Of a stretch of DNA of 64,000 bases, positions 10,443 to 21,769 are shown piece after piece. Source of the stretch: an uncultured Acidobacteriota bacterium (GTDB lineage: Bacteria > Acidobacteriota > UBA6911); NCBI GenBank assembly GCA_963827655.1, contig CAWHCF010000049.1, positions 160,001-224,000 of the forward strand. Direction: 5' to 3'. The notes below the pieces were generated by a model, which did not search any database, was not told the DNA's origin, and saw only the letters and a list, made by a program, of their open reading frames with translations. The position numbers were made by a program, and so were the translations under genes. Numbering within the stretch: position 1 is the stretch's first letter; each line of letters begins with the position of its first letter.

Positions 10443-13347
10443 CTATTGTAGCGCCCCGGCCAGGACTTCGGCCAGATGGCGCGCCTTGCGACCGGTGGCA
10501 TGAAGTATCTGCTGGCGGCACGAGATCCCTGCGGCAACGATCTCCGCCTCAGGCGGTGCCTGACGCACTGCGGGAAAGAGCCGCATCTCGCCTATCCCGA
10601 GTGACAACCCGTAATGCTCCTTTTCATAGCCGAACGATCCTGCCATACCGCAACACCCTGAGTCGATCTCACTCACCTCGGAGCCGGGCGTCAGTCTCAG
10701 GAGTCGGAGGGAAGCTGCTGTTCCCACAAGGCTCTTCTGATGGCAATGGCCGTGGAGCAAGATAGGCCGGCGCTTCTGGGAAAAAGCGGGCTCCCATTGA
10801 CCGGTTTCCAGCCGTTGAACCAGGTATTGGTCCACAAGCAGGGCACTGCTAGCAAGCTTCTGTGCCTCTTCAGATGGCACCAGTGCCGGGTATTCGTCCC
10901 GCAGCGTCAACAAGCAGCTGGGCTCGCACCCCACGACTACGCAGCCGGATTCCAGCAGGGGAGCCAGTAGCGCGATATTCTTTCTCGCATTCTCCTTGGC
11001 CTGGTCGAGCAACCCCTTGGAGATTAACGGGCGGCCGCAGCATACGATCTCAGGAACACAAACTCGCGCACCGGCGCTTTCGAGTAATTTCAGGGCCGCG
11101 ATCCCAATCCAGGGTTCATTGTAGTTGGTGAATGTGTCATTGAAAAGGACGACATTCGGAGTTGAGCCCGGCTTGCAGGACGGAGGATTCTTGCGTAAAT
11201 GGCTTTGGAAAGTCACGCGCGCGAAGCGAGGAAGTTTGCGCAAGGGATGTATCCCCAAAGCGCTCTGCAGCGAGCTCCGAATGATCCGGGACTCGAGCAG
11301 CCAGTTCGATACCGGCGCAGTGGCCGAGCCAATACGGCTGAGAAGGGCGATGTTGCCGAAGACCCGAGCGCGCAGCGATGGACCGTGCCTGGCGTTGTAG
11401 TGAGCCAGGAACTCGTACTTGAGCTTTGCCAGGTCCACGTTGGCCGGGCACTCGGTCTTGCAGGCTTTGCATTCCAGGCACAGATCAAGAGCTTCAAACA
11501 TACGCGAATCGGTGTAATCGGCTTGCGGCAGGCGTCCCGAAAGAGCGGCGCGAAGCAGGTTGGCTCGTCCGCGGGTCGAGTGTTCTTCCTCGCGCGTCAC
11601 CATGTAGGAAGGACACATGGTTCCTGAACCTAGCTTGCGGCATGCCCCCATGCCGTTGCATTGCTCCACCGCCCTCGCCAATCCTCCTTCCTTCGTGAAA
11701 TCGAAGTAGGTTGGCAATTCGACGGTCGAGTACTCCGGACCGTAGCGCAGGTTCTCGGTCATCGGCGGCGACTCTACAATCTTGCCCGGATTCATGATCC
11801 CGGCCGGGTCGAATGCAGCCTTGAGTTGACAGAAGGATCCATAGAGCCTGTCCCCGAAGAGCTCGCGGTTCCAGTGGCTCCGCGCCAGCCCATCGCCGTG
11901 CTCGCCGCTCATGGCGCCCTTGAACTCGACGACCAGGTCCTTTACCGCGGCCGCGATATAAGCCATCTTCTGAACCTGAGAACCTTCCTTCAAGTTGAGC
12001 AGCGGACGAATATGAAGGCACCCTACCGACGCATGGCCGTAAAATCCGGCTCGCGTGCCGTGCCGCGCCAGGATTTGCTGGAATCGAGCCACGTATTGAC
12101 TCAGTTGGTCCGGTTCAACGGCTGTGTCTTCCACAAAGGCCAGGGGCTTGGAATCCCCACGGATGCTGGAGAGCAGTCCCAATCCGGCCTTGCGTATCGC
12201 CCAAACATTACCCTGGGCTTCGGGTGGTTACGGCTCGCACGTAAGCCGTACCCATTCCTCCCCGCTTCAGTCTCGACTCGAGCTGGTCCAGTTTTTCCTG
12301 CAGCTCACCAGGATTCTCGCCATAAAACTCGACGATCAGAATCGCCGCAGGATCACCTACGACGAAGGTCATTTTGGGAGCAAAGCCAGGCTGGAGCCGC
12401 GTCAGGTCTAGCAGCATCTTGTCCACCAATTCCACAGCCGCCGGCCCGAGTTTGAGGATTTCGTGCATGGCGTCCATGGCTGCCACCATGTCCGCGAAAT
12501 GAACCACACTTAGAGCGGTGAGCCTGGGAGAGGGCACCAGACCGACTACAGCCTCTGTGTAGGTGGCGAGTGTTCCTTCGGAACCGACGAGAGCATGGCA
12601 GAGATTCCTGCTCGCGCCGGTCACAAACCTGTCGAGGTTGTAACCTCCGACGCGACGCATCACCTTGGGGAAGCGAGTCATGATCTCGGGACCGCTTTCC
12701 CGCGCGATTCTATCCACGCTGCGATAGACCATCGCTTCGAGGTTGTCCCTGGAGGCTTTGCGCTCCCATTCGATGGGGGTCAGCTCAGAGAACCGGCATG
12801 CGTCGCTGTTTGAGAGAAGCACTCGCATCTCTCGCACGTGATCGATAGTCTTGCCATACAGGATCGAATGCGAGCCGCAGGAGTTGTTTCCCATCATCCC
12901 GCCCAGGGTCGCGCGGTTGCTCGTGGAGACATCCGGGCCAAACCGCCAGCCTCTCGGGCGCAGATGGGCATTGAGCTGATCCAGGACAACTCCGGGTTGA
13001 ACTCGCGCCCAATGCTCTTCGATGTTCACTTCGAGGATACGGTTCATGTACTTTGAATAGTCGAGCACCAGAGCTGCGCCGACGGTCTGCCCCGCGAGAC
13101 TGGTCCCGCCACCCCGGGGTAGTAAAGGCAGACGGTGTCGGCCGGCGAGAGCCACCGCTGCCGCCACATCGTCGTGCGACCGCGGGACAAGCACGCCGAG
13201 CGGCTCCACCTGATAGATGCTCGCATCGGTGCTGTAAAGTAGTCGAGAAAAACGGTCCAGGCGAATCTCGCCGGAGAAAGAGCGGCGGAGTTCTTCGGAA
13301 AAATCGCGAAGCGGCTCGTCGGATGAGACTCCAGATACGCTTTTCAT
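10443..13347 (-). CDS. FAD-linked oxidase / Fe-S CCG-domain fusion (GlcD-GlcF/YdiJ-like), frameshift near 12200
   Basis: YSTDASIY, PRGGGTSLAGQ, GSEGTL, HASVGCLH, GEHGDG, two ferredoxin-type Cys motifs, CCG domains (CCGRP, CCGMAGSFG). Confidence 0.9.
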
Positions 13348-13389
13348 CCGGCTCACTATACAACAATTACTTTCGTCCCCGTTAAGATG

Positions 13390-13520
13390 CTTCGCGCCTC
13401 TTGGGACCTTTCGTTCGGGGCGAAGTCCCCGAACGAACCTTAGTGTCTTCGAGTCTTCGTGGTTAGTGCGGCGGAACAAAAACCAACCTCCAAGACACGA
13501 AGACTCGAAGAAACGCAAGG
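13390..13520. repeat. Octamer inverted array with an internal 11-bp hairpin
   Basis: cttagtgtcttcgagtcttcgtggtt / ccaagacacgaagactcgaagaaacgcaag; TTCGTTCGGGG(13410-20)/CCCCGAACGAA(13427-37). Confidence 0.8.
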
Positions 13521-13556
13521 AACCTATCGAAGAAGAAGATACCAAAAGGAGGGTTC

Positions 13557-14291
13557 ATGAACTTTAAACGAAGAGTTTTCGGAGTTGCGATCCTGTTCTG
13601 GATTTCGGTCGCCGCGTCATGGCAGGCGCCCCGGCAATCGCCTTACAGTGTCCTTCGGACGTCGTCGAGCATCAATGTCGACGGCAAACTGGAGGATGCC
13701 CCCTGGGCGGCAGCGCCGGACGTGGGCGACTTCGTGGTCAATCGTGACGGTTCGCCGAGCCAGCACAAGACCCAGGCCAAGGTGCTGTACGATGACAGCT
13801 TTCTGTATTTTGCGTTCCGGTGTGCCGACCAGAACATCTGGTCCACCATGAAGAAGCGCGATCAGCGCCTCTGGGAAGAAGAAGTCGTGGAGGTCTTTCT
13901 CAAGGCGGATCCGAACCAGACCAGCTATATCGAGTTGGAGGTAAATCCGCTTGGAACCATGATCGACATCTTTCTGCTCGACGTTCGCAAGCCTCTGCGC
14001 TTCGAGAGCTGGAATAGCGAGAAACTGAAGTGGGCTGTCCAGGTAGACGGCACGGTCGACGGCAAAGACGGCGATAGGGAATGGACGTGCGAAATCGCTC
14101 TTCCTATGGAAGACATCGTCCCGGCGCCGCATAGACCGCCCAAGCCTGGGGACCGCTGGCGGCTCAATCTGTATCGAGTGGAAAAATTGCCCGTCCGCGC
14201 GCTGCTGGCCTGGATTCCTACCTTGAAGGACGATTTTCACCGGCCGGAGATGTTTGGCGAGATTGTCTTCTCAGACCGTCAAGTGCCATAA
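13557..14291 (+). CDS. Secreted carbohydrate-binding family 9-like (DOMON-like) protein
   Basis: Signal peptide, VDGKLED..W, LYDDSFLYFAF, VEVF, ELEVNPLG, WRLNLYR, FHRP. Confidence 0.85.
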   Translation: MNFKRRVFGVAILFWISVAASWQAPRQSPYSVLRTSSSINVDGKLEDAPWAAAPDVGDFVVNRDGSPSQHKTQAKVLYDDSFLYFAFRCADQNIWSTMKKRDQRLWEEEVVEVFLKADPNQTSYIELEVNPLGTMIDIFLLDVRKPLRFESWNSEKLKWAVQVDGTVDGKDGDREWTCEIALPMEDIVPAPHRPPKPGDRWRLNLYRVEKLPVRALLAWIPTLKDDFHRPEMFGEIVFSDRQVP

Positions 14292-14292
14292 C

Positions 14293-14421
14293 AATTGACG
14301 ATTGACGATTGACGATTGACGATTTAAACTTGCGGTTGCTGGCCAATCGTCAATCGAATCGACGGTTTGACGAACGTCTTTTTTTAAAAATCGTAAATCG
14401 TCAATCGTAAATCGTCAATCG
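14293..14421. repeat. Inverted heptamer array (GATTGAC)n / (GTCAATC)n
   Basis: Between convergent CBM9-like gene and gltA; supplies the gltA TGA. Confidence 0.92.
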
Positions 14422-15689
14422 GGATAGCGCCGTTTGGAAGGTCCCTGGTAAATCTGCCTGGGCCGGGCTATTTTCTGTTCGGAGTCCAGGATCATCTCCT
14501 CCCACTGGGCGATCCAGCCGCAGGTTCTCGGAATGGCAAACATCACGGGGAACATGTCGACCGGCAAGCGCATGCTCTGGTAAATCAGCCCCGAGTAGAA
14601 GTCGACGTTCGGGTATAGCTTGCGCGAGACAAAATACTCATCCTCGAGTGCGATACGTTCCAGTTCGAGCGCAACTTCCAGCAGCGGATTGGGCCCCATC
14701 ACCTCGAAGACTTTATCGGCCACCTGTTTGATGATCTTGGCCCGCGGATCATAAGATTTGTAGATCCGGTGCCCGAAACCCATGAGGCGCCCTTCACCCC
14801 GCTTCACCTTCTGAATGAATTCAGGAACGTTCCCTTTCGACCCTACCTGATTCAGCATGCGCAGGACGGCCTCGTTGGCGCCGCCATGCAGCGGTCCGTA
14901 GAGCGCGGCTGTCGCCGCCGCTATCGCCGCGTAGGGATCCACGTGGGAGCTTCCCACGCTGCGCATCGCGTTTGTGCTGCAGTTCTGTTCATGGTCTGCG
15001 TGGAGGATGAAGAGAACTTCGAGAGCGCGTTCGAGCACAGGATGGGGTCTGTACTTCAGCTCGGTCATCTTGAACAGCATGTTAAGGAAATTTCCCGTGT
15101 AGCTCAGGTCGTTATCGGGATAGGCATAAGGAAGACCAACGCTGTGCCGGTAACAGAACGCCGCAATGGTCGGCATCTTGGCGATCAGGCGAAAGGTCTG
15201 CTCCCGGCGAATCTGTGAATCGAAAATGTTTTTGGCGTCGGGGTAAAAGGTCGACAGCGCTCCCACGATACTCAGGAGCATCCCCATTGGATGCGCGTCG
15301 TGATGAAAGCCGTCAATCAACTTCTTGATGTTCTCGTGAATCAGCGTGTGATTCTTGATATTGTGCACCCATTCCGCCAGATGGGCTTTTTCCGGGAGCT
15401 CTCCGTGAAGGATTAAATAAGCAGTTTCAAGGTAGGTGCTTTTCTCTGCCAGTTCTTCAATCGGATACCCGCGGTATTCGAGAATGCCCCGGTCACCATC
15501 GATAAACGTGATCTTGCTGCGACATGAGGCCGTATTGGTAAAGGCCGGGTCATACGTCATCAGCCCAAAATCGTTCAAGGAGGTCTTGATCTGGCGCAGG
15601 TCCATGGCGCGTACGGTTCCATCTTGAATCGGAATCTCGAAACTCTTTCCGGTCCGGTTATCGGTGATAGTCAGGGTGTCTTTGGGCAT
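14415..15689 (-). CDS. gltA: Citrate synthase
   Basis: YDPAFTNTASC, LHADHEQNCST, GPLHGGANE, LMGFGHR, YPNVDFYSG. Confidence 0.97.
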   Translation of the reverse strand: MPKDTLTITDNRTGKSFEIPIQDGTVRAMDLRQIKTSLNDFGLMTYDPAFTNTASCRSKITFIDGDRGILEYRGYPIEELAEKSTYLETAYLILHGELPEKAHLAEWVHNIKNHTLIHENIKKLIDGFHHDAHPMGMLLSIVGALSTFYPDAKNIFDSQIRREQTFRLIAKMPTIAAFCYRHSVGLPYAYPDNDLSYTGNFLNMLFKMTELKYRPHPVLERALEVLFILHADHEQNCSTNAMRSVGSSHVDPYAAIAAATAALYGPLHGGANEAVLRMLNQVGSKGNVPEFIQKVKRGEGRLMGFGHRIYKSYDPRAKIIKQVADKVFEVMGPNPLLEVALELERIALEDEYFVSRKLYPNVDFYSGLIYQSMRLPVDMFPVMFAIPRTCGWIAQWEEMILDSEQKIARPRQIYQGPSKRRYPD

Positions 15690-15786
15690 AAAGCGGTTCT
15701 CCAGCGTGAGTGCGGCAGGGGGCGCCGGATCGCGACGGCGTATCCGCTGGCAAGATAGCACGACCTCTTTGAGAAGGGGAAGCTAT

Positions 15787-15887
15787 CGATTGCAGATTTC
15801 GGATTGCAGATTGCGGATTGAAACCTGCTTCGCCCCTGGGAAAGTCTTTTGTTCAATCCGCAATCCGCAATCCGCAATCCGCAATCG
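15787..15887. repeat. Inverted heptamer array (GATTGCG)n / (CAATCCG)n
   Basis: gattgcagatttcggattgcagattgcggattg ... caatccgcaatccgcaatccgcaatccgcaatcg. Confidence 0.92.
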
Positions 15888-15953
15888 GCTGGCTCTTTAC
15901 ATCGGGTGATGAATTCGCTACCGTTCCTTCGTCAAAGCGAGTGGCAGGGAACC

Positions 15954-17327
15954 ATGAAAAAGATTCTGATAGTTGTCCTCGGAAGCGTGCTCTCGTTTCT
16001 CGCCCTGCATATGCCAGGTCCGTCGCGCGAGAATCGCTCCGGCCATCCGGATCTACTGGCGTCGGAACTTACACCCGAAGAGAAGGGATTTCGCAACCTG
16101 ACCGAGCGCGCATATGGCGTTTCGATGGTAAATCCGAAAGTCTTCGAGAAAATCTGGACGGTTTGGGAACCGGAGTGGAAATCGAAGGTGGATCCCCAGG
16201 ACCCGGCGCAAATCCGGAGGCTTGCGTTCGAGCGCTATGGTTTTTCAGAGGCTCCGTATCCCAACGGCGGGTTGCCGATGCAGTATGTAGCAACGGAAAA
16301 GGGGTGGGTTCCGACCTGCATGCAATGCCACGGCGGGAGGCTGCCCGGGAGCGGCGAGAGCGTTATCGGCCTTCCCAACACGGAAATCGACTTGGCCACG
16401 CTGGCTGAGGATCTCTCGAAGAGCTTTGGTCTGAGTTCGGACCAGAGCCGGCTTGGACAGACTCGAGGCCGAACCAACGCATTTGTGTTCAGTATAGAGC
16501 TGCTCCGGATGCGCAATGAAGACCTTTCAAAACGCTCTTCCCCGCTGGATATGGGGACCTACAAGAGTTCCGATCTCGATGCCATTCCCTGGTGGCATCT
16601 CAAGAAGAAGAACCGCCTGTATGCGGACGGCGGTCTCACCGGCGATTTTGCGAGAGCCATTATGCAGTTCACGCTCGCCGGACCTACCGGAGAGCAGATC
16701 AGGTCCTGGGAACCCGACTTTGTCGATATCCTCGCCTATTTGCGTTCGATTGAACCTCCCAAGTACCCGTGGCCTATCAATAAAGAGTTGGCTGCCGATG
16801 GAAAGAAGGTTTTTGACGGAACGTGCTCCGCGTGTCACGGGACTTACGGTCCGGGCGGAAAGTATCCCAACCGGGTAGTCCCTGTTGACATAATCGGCAC
16901 CGATCCAGTTCGGTTCACCGGAGTTCCACCGGAGTTCCGGCGCTACTACAACCGGACCTGGTTTGGCGAACGGGCACGCGCCAATGGGGAAACTCAGGGG
17001 TACGTCGCTCCTCCGCTCGATGGGATCTGGGCCTCGGCTCCCTACTTTCATAATGGATCAGTTCCGACGATCTATGGGGTTCTCTCTCCGGAAAGCCGTC
17101 CCAGGTACTTCCGCAGAATTGGAGCGCCCAAGGGGTATGACACAGCCAAACTGGGGCTCACCATCGAGGTGTTAAACGGTCCTCCCCCGGGCGGGCTTGC
17201 GCCCGAAGCGCGCCGTCGCATCGTGGATACCACCCGGCCCGGGCTCGGCAATGGAGGGCATACCTTCGGGGCGTCTCTGACCGAGTCAGAAAAGCTCCAG
17301 GTCATCGAATACCTCAAGACGCTTTAA
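15954..17327 (+). CDS. Exported di-heme c-type cytochrome, RoxA/MauG-related
   Basis: Signal peptide, CMQCH and CSACH heme motifs, PPLDGIWASAPYFHNGSVPT, GNGGH, C-terminal EYLKTL. Confidence 0.85.
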   Translation: MKKILIVVLGSVLSFLALHMPGPSRENRSGHPDLLASELTPEEKGFRNLTERAYGVSMVNPKVFEKIWTVWEPEWKSKVDPQDPAQIRRLAFERYGFSEAPYPNGGLPMQYVATEKGWVPTCMQCHGGRLPGSGESVIGLPNTEIDLATLAEDLSKSFGLSSDQSRLGQTRGRTNAFVFSIELLRMRNEDLSKRSSPLDMGTYKSSDLDAIPWWHLKKKNRLYADGGLTGDFARAIMQFTLAGPTGEQIRSWEPDFVDILAYLRSIEPPKYPWPINKELAADGKKVFDGTCSACHGTYGPGGKYPNRVVPVDIIGTDPVRFTGVPPEFRRYYNRTWFGERARANGETQGYVAPPLDGIWASAPYFHNGSVPTIYGVLSPESRPRYFRRIGAPKGYDTAKLGLTIEVLNGPPPGGLAPEARRRIVDTTRPGLGNGGHTFGASLTESEKLQVIEYLKTL

Positions 17328-17449
17328 CCCGCCTTTCAGTTCTGGTGTTTCTTCGTGTCTTCGCGTCTTTGTGGTCCCTGGCACACCGAAGAAACAGCAA
17401 GAATCTTGTTCTCGTGAAATTATCGGGCTGATGACGAAACAATAAGGGC

Positions 17450-18934
17450 ATGACTCTTGAGCCAAGCACCTGGCGCGACCAGGAAGGGCTGGCCATCTTG
17501 ATGTCCCTGATCGCGCTCTCGCTCTTCTCGCTTCTGGGGCTTTACATGGCGATCAACGCCACTACCGAAGTGCGCGTCAGCGACAATTACGAGAGCCAGG
17601 TGCAGGCCCGATTCGCGGCACAGGCCGGTTTGAATCATGCGCGGGAGCTGCTCCGTGGCCTGCGATTCGATTACCACTTGAAGGGACCGGACGGGCTCAT
17701 CGACGCCGGCCCGACCGATCTCGTTCAAGCCAGGACGTATGCCTTTCGGAACCCTCTGGACTGGGCGACCGCGCGTTCCATAAACATCCTTGATCCGCCA
17801 AGCGATGTTGCCGCTGCCGGCGACGACGGGGTTTTGAACACCGGAAAGTACGGAACCAGGGACGGGACGGCCTTGATTCCTCGGACCGGAATAGCGCATA
17901 CAACGCCGCATCCCAACGGGGGTGGCTTGCTTACGACCTCGCGTTATTTCGTCAAGGTCACCGACAACAATCGCGAAGCCTCCGAGCTTGGCGTGGACCT
18001 GGCGGACGATCCGTTTGTGGACGGTGACGGAATCGTTGTCGTGCGTTCGATGGGGGTGGCACAGACGATCCTCGAAAAGACGGGCGCGAACTTGCGTCGG
18101 AATTCAGTCGCCCTGTTTGAAGCACGCTACAAAATCCGCACTGTATTCAACCTCGATGCTGCCCTTGTGGTGCAGGGAAATATAGTTCTCCCATCAGAGT
18201 CCGTCATGTTCAACGGCGCCTCGTTCTTGATCCAGGGGGGTGCAATCAACAGGGGGATAGCGACAATCGACGTGGAGACTACTGATAGTCTGTCGCCAGC
18301 GCAGGCGATATCCTCGAAACTGCGCGGCTCACAAACGAACAACGTTCAGGGAGCCGGCCTGATACCCTCAATTCAGGACATGACCAATTCCATTGTCGCC
18401 CATAGCGAGAAGAAATCCCTGCTGGACAGAGCCTTCATGTGGAATTTTGTCACGAACGCGGCGCCCGGATTCGCGGATACTACCGTCAACGGCAACCAGT
18501 CATGGTCCGGAGGGAACGCGCCCTATCTGGGACGCTACGACGTGGGCCGGGCGGCGAATGATCCTGTGCAGGACCCAAGAGTGACGCTGGTAAATGGCGA
18601 TCTTTCGATAAGCGGGAACGTCACCGGGGGAGGGATCCTGCTGGTGCGGGGCAAGTTTTCGGCAGCCGGCTCATTCAGCTATAGCGGGTTGATTCTGGTC
18701 ATAGGAGCCGGCGATATAAGCCTTGAGGATCTAAGCGCCGGAATCAATGGCGGAATATACGTCGTGAATCTGGCGAACTCGGGAGGCGGTCTGAGCTGGG
18801 GCATCCCGAAGATGACGATATCGGGAACCTGCAATATCATCATGAATAGAGACGCGATTGACGCTGCGGCGCGGCTGATTCCTCCCGCTCAGATCAGCTG
18901 GCGTGAAGTCACCAGCATCATGGATCCCCCGTGA
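17450..18934 (+). CDS. PilX N-terminal domain pilin-like protein
   Basis: QEG|LAILMSLIALSLFSLLG prepilin-like N-terminus, QARFAAQAGL, C-terminal SWREV. Confidence 0.8.
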   Translation: MTLEPSTWRDQEGLAILMSLIALSLFSLLGLYMAINATTEVRVSDNYESQVQARFAAQAGLNHARELLRGLRFDYHLKGPDGLIDAGPTDLVQARTYAFRNPLDWATARSINILDPPSDVAAAGDDGVLNTGKYGTRDGTALIPRTGIAHTTPHPNGGGLLTTSRYFVKVTDNNREASELGVDLADDPFVDGDGIVVVRSMGVAQTILEKTGANLRRNSVALFEARYKIRTVFNLDAALVVQGNIVLPSESVMFNGASFLIQGGAINRGIATIDVETTDSLSPAQAISSKLRGSQTNNVQGAGLIPSIQDMTNSIVAHSEKKSLLDRAFMWNFVTNAAPGFADTTVNGNQSWSGGNAPYLGRYDVGRAANDPVQDPRVTLVNGDLSISGNVTGGGILLVRGKFSAAGSFSYSGLILVIGAGDISLEDLSAGINGGIYVVNLANSGGGLSWGIPKMTISGTCNIIMNRDAIDAAARLIPPAQISWREVTSIMDPP

Positions 18935-19146
18935 GAAAATGCCACCGAAGCAGATCGGAACATGCGGTCCGGGCGGAACTATCGGTAGGGACAAGAAGAA
19001 TTTCCTGGCCGAGCGTTCCATTCTGCGCGAAGATGACACCATGAACCGCCTTGATCCGCAGCGGGCCCGAGTGAGGGAAATGCTTCTAGAAGTCGCAGGG
19101 GTCGCGCACGCTTGAGCTGCGCGGAGACAGGAGACAGAGGATAACG

Positions 19147-19350
19147 ATGCCAGCACTGAAAACATTTAAAGGAACTTCCAAGAACGGCAACGTGCAGAAG
19201 GCGCTAGACCTTGCAATACAGGCCGCGCAACAGGCCGCCCCCGGCGCCGACCGATTGATCGAGTGGACCTTGAAGGAAATCTCAGGCCGCCAGGGCGGGA
19301 TCACGGGCCTCAAGGAGGCGACTGTGGTAATCAAGGCCCGAGTGGTCTGA
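19147..19350 (+). CDS. Small hypothetical protein (67 aa), possibly dodecin-like
   Basis: GAGG ribosome-binding site, coding-like composition; G-T-S..A...AI..A...W....I.G pattern. Confidence 0.6.
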   Translation: MPALKTFKGTSKNGNVQKALDLAIQAAQQAAPGADRLIEWTLKEISGRQGGITGLKEATVVIKARVV

Positions 19351-19505
19351 ACGAACGCCTGCAGCTTGCGCAGCATCTACGCCCGTGTTGCGTCGTGGCG
19401 CGTATTAATGCCTCGGATGTTCAGTCACGTTGACACCACGCGTCGACGATGAGCCAGGACAACCGACACACACCGAACGCCGAAGCGTCGCCGATGGGAC
19501 CTGGG

Positions 19506-20150
19506 CTACGGAGCGTCGGGTCTCATTCTTCGATCAATGACCGCGTCCGATAGTTCGTTCACATCATCGTGGAGTCTCGGAAAATATTGAACGAGAGCAT
19601 TGCCACAGCTCTCGATTGCAGCGCATATACCCTCGCGGGCCTTTCCGCTGTGAATGCCCTCAATGATGCGATCCCTGACTTCATCCCAGTGGTGATCTCC
19701 GAGCTTCTCATGGATCCCTCGGTCCCCCAGGACTACGACACGCCTCTCGAAGCATGAAAGAAGAATCAGAACGCCGTTGGAGTCCCGTGTTCGATGTAGG
19801 CCGCTGGAGTAGAATTCGGTAAAGGCCGCGTCACGAACGCGCGCGTCCATTTCCGCCGCCGAGATAAACCAGCGCCGCCAGGATACTTTGGAAAAAAGGG
19901 CGTAAAAGCCCGCAAAAGATATGAGTTCGATCCAAAGCAGCAGGCTGATGGAGTGTATCAAAGGAAGGGCCAGGTACGTGGCGGCGCTCGCCACCATACC
20001 CGCCAGCGCGGCCTGAAGAGTCGCGTGGCGGTACTTTGCCGCCGCGTCGGTCAGGGAAAATACGATCTCGCCCGAGGTAGAGGATTCAGCCTTCCGGATG
20101 ACCTCTGCTATAGCCAGCTTGTCTGATTCCGATAACAGGCTCTTTGCCAT
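19506..20150 (-). CDS. TPM-domain membrane protein (LemA operon)
   Basis: AESSTSGEI, TRDSNGVLI, GDRGI, DDVNELSD. Confidence 0.88.
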   Translation of the reverse strand: MAKSLLSESDKLAIAEVIRKAESSTSGEIVFSLTDAAAKYRHATLQAALAGMVASAATYLALPLIHSISLLLWIELISFAGFYALFSKVSWRRWFISAAEMDARVRDAAFTEFYSSGLHRTRDSNGVLILLSCFERRVVVLGDRGIHEKLGDHHWDEVRDRIIEGIHSGKAREGICAAIESCGNALVQYFPRLHDDVNELSDAVIDRRMRPDAP

Positions 20151-20164
20151 ATCTACCAAGAATC

Positions 20165-20200
20165 AACCACGAAGACTCAAAGACTCGAAGAAACGTTAAG
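20165..20200. repeat. Octamer repeat inside the lemA-TPM-TPM operon
   Basis: aaccacgaagactcaaagactcgaagaaacgttaag. Confidence 0.75.
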
Positions 20201-20203
20201 AAC

Positions 20204-21132
20204 CTACCAGTTTCCCGAAGATCCACCGCCGCCAAAACTCCCGCCACCGCCCGAGAATCCTCCGCCGCCCGAAAACCTCCGCCGGAAAAACCGCCGAAAT
20301 CGCCCGAACCCCCGGAGCCCGGGTACCATGGGCCGATCGCTCCACCCCATCGCCGGCGGCCGGGCCCCCTTCGGCCGGCGCGCGCAACAGCGCCGAGAAA
20401 AGCGCCGGCGACCGCTCCAATCGGCGCGCCCAGCAGCAATCCAAACCATCCCATCCCCATAACCATGCTCATCACGATGGCTCCGGCAGCGGCTCCCAGG
20501 ATTCCACCTCCCCATTTGCCGACCGCGCCCAGAACCCACAGAAATGGGATAAAGAGAAAAATGATCCAGTCGAAAGATCTCCTTCCACCGGATCGATTAG
20601 AACGTGGACGGCTGGGCTCGGCCTGATACGTTCCCCGCACCACCTGGATTATTCCCGTGATTCCGGCCTCGATGCCCGAGTAGAAGTCACCGGTCTTGAA
20701 ATGCGGAATCATGTTGTTTTGAATGATACGCCGGCTCCGCGCATCCGTCAGGGTTGGCTCCAGTCCATATCCAACCTCGATCCGGATCTTTCTCTCCTTC
20801 ATCGCGATCAGGACAAGCGCGCCGTTATCGCGTCCCTTCTGTCCAAGCTTCCAGGCGCTGGCCACTTTATGCGAATACTCTTCCAGTTGCTCCTCTTCCA
20901 GCGTGGGAATAACGAGAACCGCCACCTGAGTCGAATCTTTAGACTCGAGTTCCTGGAGCTTCGCTTCCAAGGCGCGGACCTGTTCCTCGGAAAAAACGCC
21001 GGCCAGATCCGTGACGCGGGCCTCCAGCTTGGGAACGTCGAGGGCGAACGCAGTATGGCCGAGCAGAATCAGCAGTGCCAACGTAACCCGCAAGGTGCGC
21101 GCTCTCACGCTTGAGACTCCATGTATTTCCAT
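20204..21132 (-). CDS. TPM-domain protein (YgcG-like) with Gly-rich tail; frameshift near 20275
   Basis: VTDLAG, W.LGQKG.DNG, RIEVGYGLE..LTD; tail GFSGGGGSFGGGGSSGNW* in a shifted frame; start uncertain. Confidence 0.88.
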
Positions 21133-21165
21133 CCCGACCGGCGTATTGAAATATTCGCGCTTCGC

Positions 21166-21769
21166 CTAACGGCTGAAATCCACCACGGGCGCCTTCTCGC
21201 TTCCTGGAGTGCCCTGGAAATATTGCTTCTCGGCAAATCGGAAGAAGACCGGCGACCAGGTTGGACGGAAATAGTTTGATCCGCGTGTTGTATTGCTGCG
21301 CCGACTCGTTGAAGCGTTTGCGCTCGACGGTAATTCGGTTCTCCGAGCCCTCGAGCTGGCTTTGCAGTTCCAGGAAGTTCTGGTTGGCTTTCAAATCCGG
21401 ATACCTCTCGACGACTACCAGGAGTCGCTGAAGAGCGCTCCCGAGACCGGCCTGAGCCTGCTGGAATTTTTGAAACTCCGCCGGATTATTCAGGATTTCC
21501 GGCGTGGCCTGGATGGAACCGACCTGGGATCGGGAGGCGGTGACGGCTTGCAGGACCTCACTCTCGTGCGCCGCGTAGCCTTTTACCGTGGCGACCAGGT
21601 TCGGAATCAAATCCGCCCGCCGCTGATAAACATTCTGGACCTGCCCCCATTTGGCGTTCACATCCTGTTCGAGGGTCACAATCTCGTTGTAAGTGCTGCG
21701 TAACGAAAACCCTCCAATCAAGAGCACAAGGACGATCGCGCCGGCACAACCTATCAACCCTTTTTTCAT
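21166..21769 (-). CDS. lemA: LemA family protein (frameshift near 21243)
   Basis: YQRRADLIPNLV, ERYPDLKANQNF, LEGSENRI; tail FAEKQYF..APVVDFSR* in a shifted frame. Confidence 0.93.

Noticed and set aside
9071-15887. CRISPR array
   Set aside because: Repeats are 7-bp tandem units without unique 30-40 bp spacers, and no cas genes are present.
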